From contig OY760142.1 of the NCBI GenBank assembly GCA_963663225.1, forward strand, positions 384,001 through 448,000: a stretch of DNA of 64,000 nucleotides, written 5' to 3'. This stretch comes from Nitrospirota bacterium (lineage in GTDB: Bacteria; Nitrospirota; UBA9217). The position numbers were made by a program, and so were the translations under genes. Positions 9,414 to 17,897 of the stretch are shown here, piece by piece. Positions within the stretch are counted from its first letter, which is position 1. Each line of letters begins with the position of its first letter. The notes beneath the pieces were generated by a model. The model saw only the letters and a program-made list of their open reading frames with translations, was not told where the DNA came from and ran no database searches.

Positions 9414-10267
9414 CGGGAGAGAACCTCCTTGAGCGTAATGAGACCGGGCAGCTCAGCTTCTGTAAAACCATATTTGGCAACCAGGGCGCGATGCTCAGGA
9501 CTGCCAACGTAGGTTTTCAACGCTGTGTTCCATGCGGACAGCAGCTGGTGGTCTTTTTTTCGGAAAGCAAACGCACCATAGCCAAAATGACTGCTTTCAG
9601 CAGGCTCCTCAAACGGTCGGACCGCTTCGGTCCGGCCCAGTTGATACCGGAGCGCCATCCACTGCACGGTGGGCGATGACAGAGACAAACAGTCGGCAAG
9701 ACCATGCTCAACAGCCGCACGTCCGGTAAGAGCATCTGGCACAATCACCAGCCTTGATTTCGGCAGGCCCATTCGGAGCAAGAGGGTTTCTTCAACCGCA
9801 CCGGAAAGTGCTGCTACTTTTACTCCGGCTTGCATAACAGCCTGTTGGTAGGAATGCAGTTGCAGCGGATTGCCTTTACGAACCAGCAAACCCGGTTTTA
9901 CATGGAAGGTCGGTTCTGAAAAACCCACGTGCTTCGCCCGTTCTGGAGTAATGAACAACCCTGAGGCAATTACGTCAATGCGACCGGCTTCCAGCGCAGG
10001 TATAAGAGCATCGAATTCCAGCTGCTGCCATTCGATACGGCCGATTCCCAACTGCGCGACGATTATTTTTGCAATTTCCGGCGACTCGCCCGTAACCGCT
10101 CCCTCGGAAGACAAAAAAGCATATGGAGCCTCGACAGCATAGCCGATCCGGATCGTTCCTTGTTGCAGAAAATCCGATAAGGAATTATCTGTCCTGAGCT
10201 GAAACACGAGGATGGCAAGAACAGCAACCGCTGCGATAGCAAGTAATATGTTTTTCGGCTTACGCAT
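9410..10267 (-). CDS. EhuB-like (ectoine/amino-acid family 3) solute-binding protein
   Basis: IRIGYAVEAPYAF...TGESPE...LIPALEAGRIDVIASGLFITPER...FSEP, GYGAFAFRK; N-terminal hydrophobic anchor; ATGA overlap with the kinase start. Confidence 0.8.
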   Translation of the reverse strand: MRKPKNILLAIAAVAVLAILVFQLRTDNSLSDFLQQGTIRIGYAVEAPYAFLSSEGAVTGESPEIAKIIVAQLGIGRIEWQQLEFDALIPALEAGRIDVIASGLFITPERAKHVGFSEPTFHVKPGLLVRKGNPLQLHSYQQAVMQAGVKVAALSGAVEETLLLRMGLPKSRLVIVPDALTGRAAVEHGLADCLSLSSPTVQWMALRYQLGRTEAVRPFEEPAESSHFGYGAFAFRKKDHQLLSAWNTALKTYVGSPEHRALVAKYGFTEAELPGLITLKEVLSR

Positions 10268-10666
10268 GCCTGCTGCATACTCCTGAACATTCCTAACAGT
10301 TGGACGATCAGGTCCAGATTCTTAGTTTTCTAAATCGGGTTCCTATTTTACTGAAGAGGAAAGGACAAAAAAATTACATAAATTACCAACCATATATTGA
10401 AATCAGCACGGAAGAGTAAATTAACCCGTAGGTGCGCAGCCAACGTTTTTCAAAAACAACATTAGTTACAAATACAACTTATAGAATGTCATAATTATAG
10501 CACTGTTCATGCTTAAGTCTTTGAGATGGAATGAAAATTTGTTCAATTCCATGTTGTTTTCGTTACTATAATTGCCCTTTTTGCAACTTTATGTTACTAT
10601 CAATATACTTTAGAAATATTTTTTTCAACAGGATGCCTGAGCGATTGTCTCCAAGAAGGAATTTAC

Positions 10667-13459
10667 ATGGCGGGTTATAAACTTCTGGATCTGATAGATA
10701 TGAACCAAGTTCAGCTGTTGCTGGAACGGCTGTATAAAATCTATCCCTGCACTTCGGCTATTATCGACAATGAAGGCACGATACTCGCCTCCGTAGGAGG
10801 AGAGGAACTCTGCTCGCTCTTTCATAGAACGAATAAAGAAGCCGAAAGAGTATGCATTAAGAGCGACCAATATTCAAGCAGTTGTCTTTCCAAGGCCAAT
10901 CCGGCAGTAATCTATCAATGTCCGCACGGGCTGATTGACAGCGCGTTACCCATAATTATTGATGGCAACAACGTGGGTAGTTTTTTTACAGGTCAACTTT
11001 TTTTCGAAGAACCTGATCTTGACTTCTTTAAAAAGCAGGCTTCACGATACGGCTTCGATGAAAAATCGTATCTCGATGCAGTGAAAAAAGTCCCGATCTG
11101 GACCAGAGAAAAACTGGACACGTATCTGTCTTTTTCCAACACTTTGATAGAGATACTCATCAGCATAGCCGTGAAGAATCTCAAGTCCTTTGAACTAACC
11201 AAAAAAAATCAGGAGAGCGAACACCGGCTCCAAACCTTTCTCCAGACAGCCATGGAAGGCTTCTGCTTGTTGGATAGACAGGGACATATTCTCCAAGCTA
11301 ATGAATCCTATTGCCGCATGAACGGTTACAGCCTCCAGGAACTGCTCACAATGCGCATTTCTGATATCGAAATCAATGAAAACCCCGCAGAGACTGAAGC
11401 GCATCTTCGGGAAATCCAGACCAAGGGCAAAGTCCGGTTCGAAACCAGGCACAAGCGCAAAGACGGCAGCACGTACGACATCGAAGTCAGCACACAATAC
11501 CAACCCGCAGACAATGGGTTGTTTTATACATTTCTTCGTGACATTACAAAGCGTAAACAGGCTGAAAATGACGTGCGATACAAAAATCTCCTCTTATCGA
11601 CGCAACAGGAAGCGTCAATCGACGGCATCCTGGTCGTAGATGAAAATAACCGAGTCATCTCATGCAATAAACGGTTTTCAGCCATGTGGGGAGTTCCGCA
11701 AAAGCTGATCGACGACAAGGATGATACTCCTGTTCTGGAATTTGTTGCTGCCCAGGTGGTTGATAACCGATCATTCCTGCAAAAAGTTCACTACCTCTAC
11801 GAGCACAAGGAACTGACCAGCGAAGACGAGTTGTCACTTAAGAACGGTCGCGTCTTTGAACGCTACTCTGCGCCGATATTTGAATCGGACAATAGATATT
11901 TGGGCCGCGTCTGGTATTTTCATGATATTACCAATCGAAAAGAGACGGAACGAGCGCTGCGGGAAAGCGAAAAGCGCTTCGCAACGATATTCCACGCCAG
12001 TCCGACACCTATCGGCATCAGCCGCATGCGGGACGGTCAGTTCATAGACGTCAACACGTCCTTTACAAATTTATGCGGCTACTGCCGTGAAGAAATCATC
12101 GGCCATACTTCAGACGAACTACAGTTATGGCAGTACACGAATCGCGCACAATGGTTTAATAAACTGTGGGAAAAGAAGCATCTTCAAAATATCGAAGCTG
12201 GAATCCGCCGCAAAACCGGAGAAATCCGGAACGTGCTGGCTTCCTTTGAGCTGATTGAACTGGGCGGTGAACTCAGTATTCTGGGAATTCTGATCGACAT
12301 CACCGAACATCGAAAATTGGAACAAGAAATTATAAAAAACCAAAAACTCGAAAATATCGGGACATTGGCCGGTGGGATCGCCCATGATTTTAACAACCTG
12401 CTGCAGGCGGTTTCGGGTTATATTTCTCTTGCGAAGCTGACGTGTGATGACAAACAAAAAAGCCTGTCTGCGCTTGATGAGGCCGAGAAGGCATTGCACA
12501 TGTCGGTAAAATTGACGAACCAGCTGCTTACTTTTTCGAAAGGCGGAAAACCCGTAAAGAAAGCCGTTGATCTCCGCCCGCTCATTGAAAACGCGGCAAA
12601 ATTTGCCTTGAGCGGAGCCCGAACAAACACTCGCATTCATATTGCTCATGATCTCTGGTCGGCCGATGCGGACGAAGGACAGATCAATCAGGTAATTCAG
12701 AATATTGTTCTGAATGCCGACCAGGCCATGCCTGAAGGCGGACAGGTGGAGATCACCGCCCGCAATCTTCAAAGTCCTGGTTCCGGACTGCCGCAGGTTC
12801 TGAAACCTGACAACTATGTCCAAATCTCCATCAGAGACACCGGGACCGGTATAGACGGAGAAAATATTACTAAGATATTCGACCCTTACTTCACCACAAA
12901 AGAAAAAGGAAGCGGACTGGGACTCGCAACATCGTATTCCATTATCAAACATCACAGTGGAATGATTGATGTGGACTCAGAAGTGGGCAAAGGGACAACA
13001 TTCACCATTTACCTTCCTGCCGCGACGGGAACCAAACAAGAGGAAACGGCAGACGTTCCGGCTGCGGCGCCCGGGCGCACCACCGGACGGTTGCTCATTA
13101 TGGATGACGAACCGGCTGTTCTCGCCATTGCAGGAAAGCTTGTCGAATCGCTGGGGCATACAGCAGAATTTGCATCACAAGGCAAAGAAGCTATCGAAAA
13201 ATATCTGGAAGCGCACCGTTCAGGACGTCCGTTCCATGCCGTGATTCTCGATCTTACCGTCCGCGGAGGGATGGGAGGCGCCGAAACCCTGCAGAAGCTG
13301 CTTGCGTTCGACCCCAAGGTGACGGCAGTCGTATCCAGCGGATATTCTGACGACGCTAACATAGCGGACTATCGGGCGCACGGATTCAAGGCCTTCCTCA
13401 AGAAACCGTATACAAGGAATGAACTGCAACAAACACTCAACGTGCTGTTGAAGGAGTAG
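10667..13459 (+). CDS. Soluble hybrid histidine kinase (PocR sensor, 3 PAS, HisKA, HATPase, REC)
   Basis: PocR Cys triad LCSLFHR...C..SD...YQCPHGL...GQ; AHDFNN; GSGLGL; REC MDDE...ILDLTV. Confidence 0.93.
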   Translation: MAGYKLLDLIDMNQVQLLLERLYKIYPCTSAIIDNEGTILASVGGEELCSLFHRTNKEAERVCIKSDQYSSSCLSKANPAVIYQCPHGLIDSALPIIIDGNNVGSFFTGQLFFEEPDLDFFKKQASRYGFDEKSYLDAVKKVPIWTREKLDTYLSFSNTLIEILISIAVKNLKSFELTKKNQESEHRLQTFLQTAMEGFCLLDRQGHILQANESYCRMNGYSLQELLTMRISDIEINENPAETEAHLREIQTKGKVRFETRHKRKDGSTYDIEVSTQYQPADNGLFYTFLRDITKRKQAENDVRYKNLLLSTQQEASIDGILVVDENNRVISCNKRFSAMWGVPQKLIDDKDDTPVLEFVAAQVVDNRSFLQKVHYLYEHKELTSEDELSLKNGRVFERYSAPIFESDNRYLGRVWYFHDITNRKETERALRESEKRFATIFHASPTPIGISRMRDGQFIDVNTSFTNLCGYCREEIIGHTSDELQLWQYTNRAQWFNKLWEKKHLQNIEAGIRRKTGEIRNVLASFELIELGGELSILGILIDITEHRKLEQEIIKNQKLENIGTLAGGIAHDFNNLLQAVSGYISLAKLTCDDKQKSLSALDEAEKALHMSVKLTNQLLTFSKGGKPVKKAVDLRPLIENAAKFALSGARTNTRIHIAHDLWSADADEGQINQVIQNIVLNADQAMPEGGQVEITARNLQSPGSGLPQVLKPDNYVQISIRDTGTGIDGENITKIFDPYFTTKEKGSGLGLATSYSIIKHHSGMIDVDSEVGKGTTFTIYLPAATGTKQEETADVPAAAPGRTTGRLLIMDDEPAVLAIAGKLVESLGHTAEFASQGKEAIEKYLEAHRSGRPFHAVILDLTVRGGMGGAETLQKLLAFDPKVTAVVSSGYSDDANIADYRAHGFKAFLKKPYTRNELQQTLNVLLKE

Positions 13460-13485
13460 TCGTTTGCGTCAGTCCTGGAGTTTTT

Positions 13486-14856
13486 TCATCTTACCTTGCC
13501 TCTCGCCAGCGATGCAATGATGCCGATACAGCACAGAAATGCAAAAATATAACATGCCGTTTTCATACTCTGCAGAAAGAGCGGATGCTGCTCCGGCGTG
13601 ATGCGCATGCCGCCCATCAAAACTGCAATAATAACCATAACGATCCCCATACTGAACATCTGCCCTACCAGCCGCATTGTTCCGAGCGTCGCCGATCCCA
13701 CGCTGTAAAACCGCTTTTCGATGGAAGTCATGACTGCGTTTGTATTTGGCGATGCAAACAAGGCGAATCCGAACCCCAGCAGCATAAGACCGGCAATGAG
13801 AACCGCAATGCTTGTCTCCGCGCTAAGAAAGGAAAAAGAGAACAGCCCCGCCAGGGTAAACGCCATGCCGATGGATGCCACAATCCTCGGTTCTATCCTG
13901 TCGGAAAGCCGTCCGGCCAACGGAGAAAAAAGCGCCATGACTATGGGCTGTGATACGAGTACCAGACCGGCTAGTTGCGGCGAAAAGCCTTTGATGTATT
14001 GAAGGTAAAGGCTCATGAGAAATGTTACGGCAAACGTGGCGCTGTAGTGTATGAGGGCGGCAAGATTGGAAAAGGCAAACGGCACATTGCGAATAAACAG
14101 ATTCATATTCATAAGCGGGCTTGCCGTTTTCCGTTCCCATTGTACAAACAGAACAGCCCCGACGACTCCTGCCGCAGCAAAGCTTTTTCCCGGCAAGGAA
14201 GGAAGAAGCGAGAGCCCGTACATCAGTGAAGCAAGAGTGGCGCCGTATAAGAGGGCCCCGAGAATGTCAAACTTTTCCCCGCGCGCCTCGGCCCATTCAA
14301 TTTTCAGCTTCAGTGAAATAAGACAAATTAAAAAAAAGCCCAGCGGCACATGCACAAGAAAAATGCTGCGCCATCCGAACTGATCTGTGAGGAAACCGCC
14401 CAGGACCGGTCCGAGAGAAAGTCCAAGATACGTGGCAGCGACGCTGATTCCGAGTACGCGGCCGCGTTCCTCGATCGGAAAGACGGATGTCAAAATTGCC
14501 ATCCCTGTACCGAATATCATCGCGCTTCCGAGTCCCTGCACGAGCCGGAGAGCAATAAGGGTCGCAGCAGACGGCGCAACCGCGATGAAAAGAGACGAGA
14601 GGCTGAAAATCCATATTCCGCAGGTGAATATTTTTTTTCTTCCGAAGATATCCGCCATCCTTCCCAGAGGAACGAGAAAAATTGCCGCCGCCATCAGGAA
14701 CGACGTCGGGACCCAGCTCATGAGGATCGCATCCATCTGAAATTCCGCGCTGATAGCGGGAAGGGCGATATTGATTGATGACCCCATGAATGGGGTAAGA
14801 AATGCAGAAAGCGTGGCGATGAGAAGAGCGGTGTTCTTGATTGATGAATTATCCAC
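13486..14856 (-). CDS. MFS drug efflux-type transporter (DHA2-like)
   Basis: GRMADIFGRKK motif A, RLVQGLG, GPVLGG motif C; GTG start. Confidence 0.9.
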   Translation of the reverse strand: MDNSSIKNTALLIATLSAFLTPFMGSSINIALPAISAEFQMDAILMSWVPTSFLMAAAIFLVPLGRMADIFGRKKIFTCGIWIFSLSSLFIAVAPSAATLIALRLVQGLGSAMIFGTGMAILTSVFPIEERGRVLGISVAATYLGLSLGPVLGGFLTDQFGWRSIFLVHVPLGFFLICLISLKLKIEWAEARGEKFDILGALLYGATLASLMYGLSLLPSLPGKSFAAAGVVGAVLFVQWERKTASPLMNMNLFIRNVPFAFSNLAALIHYSATFAVTFLMSLYLQYIKGFSPQLAGLVLVSQPIVMALFSPLAGRLSDRIEPRIVASIGMAFTLAGLFSFSFLSAETSIAVLIAGLMLLGFGFALFASPNTNAVMTSIEKRFYSVGSATLGTMRLVGQMFSMGIVMVIIAVLMGGMRITPEQHPLFLQSMKTACYIFAFLCCIGIIASLARGKVR

Positions 14857-15061
14857 AGAAAGTTACCATCCGGCATGCTTGCCATCGGATAATCGAGCTA
14901 TAAATGGTTCAGTCTGCTCGGAATGCCGTACGTGTTGAAGAGTTTTTTTAGTTGTCATTTTTACAGAGGCGCAATTTTTAAAAGTGTACTATTTCAAGAA
15001 CGTAAAAGCAAGGTTTCGTATCGTCTTGTTTGCTGCAGGCGGCCAGCACATTTAAAAAACA

Positions 15062-16225
15062 TTATGTACAACTTTTTGATTGGCGAAGCAATAGTGCGAC
15101 GAAGCAACCCAGAAAGATTGCGGCTCCTGTGCTGATAATACCGACCGAGAACAGTTTGGCGTCTGCAAGCACACCGATGATACCGGGGACAACACCTCCG
15201 CCAAACAAAAACCCGATAGGAACTGCAAGAGAGACAGCAAGGTTCCGCGACTGCGGCGGCGCAATCGCGGAAAGCATTGAGAAACCGGCGGGGAAAAAAC
15301 ATACTGATAACAGCGGCTGCAAAAAAATCACCGGTGGAATCCACTCAGCTGAAGCCACGCCCAGTATGCTCGTCATTATGCCCGTATAAAGAAAAATAAA
15401 TATCATGGCTGTACGCGCCCCCAGCCGGTCGATAACCGGGCCGGCAAGAAAGACAATCGCAATCGTGGGGATGCGGGAGAGGGCAACGAAGGAATTTGCC
15501 TCCGGTGGACTGAAGCCCAGTTCGGTGACGAGATACAATGGAAGCATGCTGTATATGCCGATAGTCGAGCTAATGGCCAGACAAAACAGAATAACCATGA
15601 TCCAGAATGCCGGCTGAGCAAACAGGGTCCCTACTGTCCGGGGATGCGGAATTTCTCCTCTCAATCGGCTGTCTTTACATGACAGGTGCAGCAAGCATCC
15701 CGCGATCAGAGCCAGCACCCCAAGAATGCCCAGGGCTGTTCGCCAGGTGAACCACTGGAGAACGCCTATCGCGAACAGCGGTGCAACCACAAAAGCCAGA
15801 TTCGGAGCGGTTTCATGAACGGCAAATGCTTTTCCCCAGTTTTGCCTATCTACACAGGTGCTGATGGTGGCCACGCCTGAAGGGAGATAAACGCCTGTTG
15901 CCAAACCCAACAGAAACAAAGCAGCATTTATGACAGAAAACGTGGACAAAACAGCAAGAAGCATCAGGGTGCAACCCAGCAGCAGGCAGGAAAAAACAAT
16001 TGTTCTGTGATGGTTGATCTTTGACGAAAGAAACCCCGATCCGACAAGTCCGAGAAAATAACCCGCGGATATGAATACGAAGAAAGAGCCTGACTGGCTG
16101 TGGGCCATGTTCAGATCGTTTTCAACAGCCGGCAGCAAAGGCCCCAATATTATACGGGATAGAAAATTAATAAAAAAAATCGCCGTCAGCATGAGCAGGA
16201 CGGGCAGGCAGGGGGTATTAAGCAT
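15062..16225 (-). CDS. MFS transporter
   Basis: About 12 hydrophobic segments, GPVIDRLGAR repeat motif; start reassigned to MLNTP because the longer ORF overlaps the upstream gene. Confidence 0.82.
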   Translation of the reverse strand: MLNTPCLPVLLMLTAIFFINFLSRIILGPLLPAVENDLNMAHSQSGSFFVFISAGYFLGLVGSGFLSSKINHHRTIVFSCLLLGCTLMLLAVLSTFSVINAALFLLGLATGVYLPSGVATISTCVDRQNWGKAFAVHETAPNLAFVVAPLFAIGVLQWFTWRTALGILGVLALIAGCLLHLSCKDSRLRGEIPHPRTVGTLFAQPAFWIMVILFCLAISSTIGIYSMLPLYLVTELGFSPPEANSFVALSRIPTIAIVFLAGPVIDRLGARTAMIFIFLYTGIMTSILGVASAEWIPPVIFLQPLLSVCFFPAGFSMLSAIAPPQSRNLAVSLAVPIGFLFGGGVVPGIIGVLADAKLFSVGIISTGAAIFLGCFVALLLRQSKSCT

Positions 16226-16230
16226 ACAGG

Positions 16231-16635
16231 TCAGTCCGCACGGCTGCGCTTGAACCAGGCCGCGCCTTCGCTGGTCAGGAGCCAGTAAAAAGCGACCGCA
16301 TCTATCAGCATGGTCGACAACGAAATGCTCCAGCTGTAAAACGGACCGCTGAAAAAAGCCGCAGCGTCCCGGAACGTTGATAATACCCCCAGAATATAGA
16401 AAGCAAAGTTTACCATCCGGGCCCAGTTGTATCTTTGTGACGTTAAGTAAATCAGAGCTGCAGACAGTCCGAAAGTAAAAATCATGACTGACCATGTGGT
16501 CCAGCCCGGCAGTTCCGGCGTCAGGGACCCGAAGGCCCACGGAAGAGAGCTCAGTATCCCCAAAGCCAGGGAGGCCCATAAAAGCCGTATGGCCCAGGTG
16601 ACTTTATTCGGGATTTTGACGTGGTTATCAATCAT
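16231..16635 (-). CDS. Hypothetical 4-TM membrane protein
   Basis: Four hydrophobic segments, NWAR and AWF motifs; ends 5 nt before the MFS start. Confidence 0.65.
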   Translation of the reverse strand: MIDNHVKIPNKVTWAIRLLWASLALGILSSLPWAFGSLTPELPGWTTWSVMIFTFGLSAALIYLTSQRYNWARMVNFAFYILGVLSTFRDAAAFFSGPFYSWSISLSTMLIDAVAFYWLLTSEGAAWFKRSRAD

Positions 16636-17031
16636 GAGAAATTTTCCTCGCAAATGTTAATACGCCCATGGAACAGGCCGGTTCCTTTCTATGCAGGCTG
16701 TGAACCATCTTCCGGTTGCGACGATTTTCTGGAAGTCAAAATATATACTTGATCAGGTAGGATGTCAATAATGTCAATGAACACGTGGTTATTACGCCGT
16801 AATAAGTTTCAAAACATATGCTTTGTTCCGGAGTCTGTAGTTTTATGGGAGCAGCACGAGAAGGGTTGCGCAGGAATAGCGCAATCGGTTTTAAACACTA
16901 GGCCATGGCAAAAACCACGAATAAAAATCATTTCATTCCTGATTTTTGCGTGTTTTTACAAAAGCGCATCACGAAAAAAATGCCTGCATGCAGGATCAGC
17001 AAGCGTTTTTTTATACAGACGCTGTCCCAAC

Positions 17032-17322
17032 TTATGCGACGATTACCTCGTAAAAAACCGCGGAAGGACTGCCGTTGAACAAAGCGCCGGTACGCTTACC
17101 GGCTTCAGCGTGGATGGGGCTGTCATGCATGATAATAAAAGCCTCCCGGTCCTCAAACTCCACGATAGCTGCATAATTGCCTTCTTTCACGGGTTTGAGC
17201 AAACGCCGGCCGATAAAACCTTTGAATTTGGCAAATTCTTTGTTTGTCAGGGCAAACCACTCCTTGAATTCGGCGTCTTTTCCTTCTTTCAGCGAAGGGA
17301 ACTCAGCAATAACGACAAACAT
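17032..17322 (-). CDS. Antibiotic biosynthesis monooxygenase (ABM/Dabb) family protein
   Basis: MFVVIAEF...GKDAEF...GFIGRRLL...Y....F...EAF...H.S..H; GGAG RBS. Confidence 0.8.
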   Translation of the reverse strand: MFVVIAEFPSLKEGKDAEFKEWFALTNKEFAKFKGFIGRRLLKPVKEGNYAAIVEFEDREAFIIMHDSPIHAEAGKRTGALFNGSPSAVFYEVIVA

Positions 17323-17391
17323 GATTGGGTCTCCTTCCATCTGCTCCTTGAACAGCCATGGTGGCCGTCGCAGCAGCCGGTTTCACGAATC

Positions 17392-17834
17392 TCACGCCTT
17401 TGATCGAAGATATTCTCCAATAAGCAGCGAGGCAGGATATAAAACTTCTTCTTCTGTCTGTGCGTGCAGCATAATCTTTTCAGCCAGATGAACGAATGCG
17501 TTTTTTTCTCGAGTTTTGCTGCTTCCATAAGCCTGTGAAGTTCTATGCCGATGGCCTTGTGCTCGGAATGCATGTGGTCCAAATCTTTTTTAAGTTTGTC
17601 GGTCATATGTAAAACGCTTTCCTTGTCCGGTGGAAACTCCCCTCTCGCCAGTTTTGCCAGCAAGCCCAGCGGAGGAAGCGCATATTCCTCTTCTTTTAAA
17701 AAATGCGGATGAAGCACCCTCGCAACGGACTGGGCGGCAAAGCCGGTTTTATCGCCCGATCGGGTCGCTGCTACGAGTTCTGCGTGAAGCTCCTGATGTT
17801 CGCTGGCAAGCGATTGGGGTGTTTTGAGTACCAT
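17392..17834 (-). pseudogene. Hemerythrin-like (HHE) protein interrupted by a frameshift in an A7 run
   Basis: EHQELH, HPHFLKEEEYALP, HSEH in frame 0; the continuation NAFVHLAEKIMLHAQTEEEVLYP...TGA lies in the -1 frame after the T7 run at 17501-17507; one added A gives a 147-aa ORF. Confidence 0.78.
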
Positions 17835-17897
17835 GTTATTTTCTCCTTTGCGATACAGGGTAACAGCAAAAAATTATTACGACCGCCTGCGGTGCAT

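Noticed and set aside
16226-16579. 118-aa N-terminal extension of the MFS ORF
   Set aside because: It overlaps a more plausible 4-TM gene in another frame and has no MFS character
16762-17403. 213-aa plus-strand ORF and other long antisense ORFs (e.g. 12125-12955, 4098-4748, 53331-53906)
   Set aside because: They are shadows of well-supported genes on the opposite strand and have no recognisable motifs
17289-17500. Frame-0 C-terminal tail of the 181-aa ORF (Cys-rich GCCDGHHGC)
   Set aside because: A product of the frameshift; the family-like C-terminus is in the -1 frame and the tail overlaps the ABM gene
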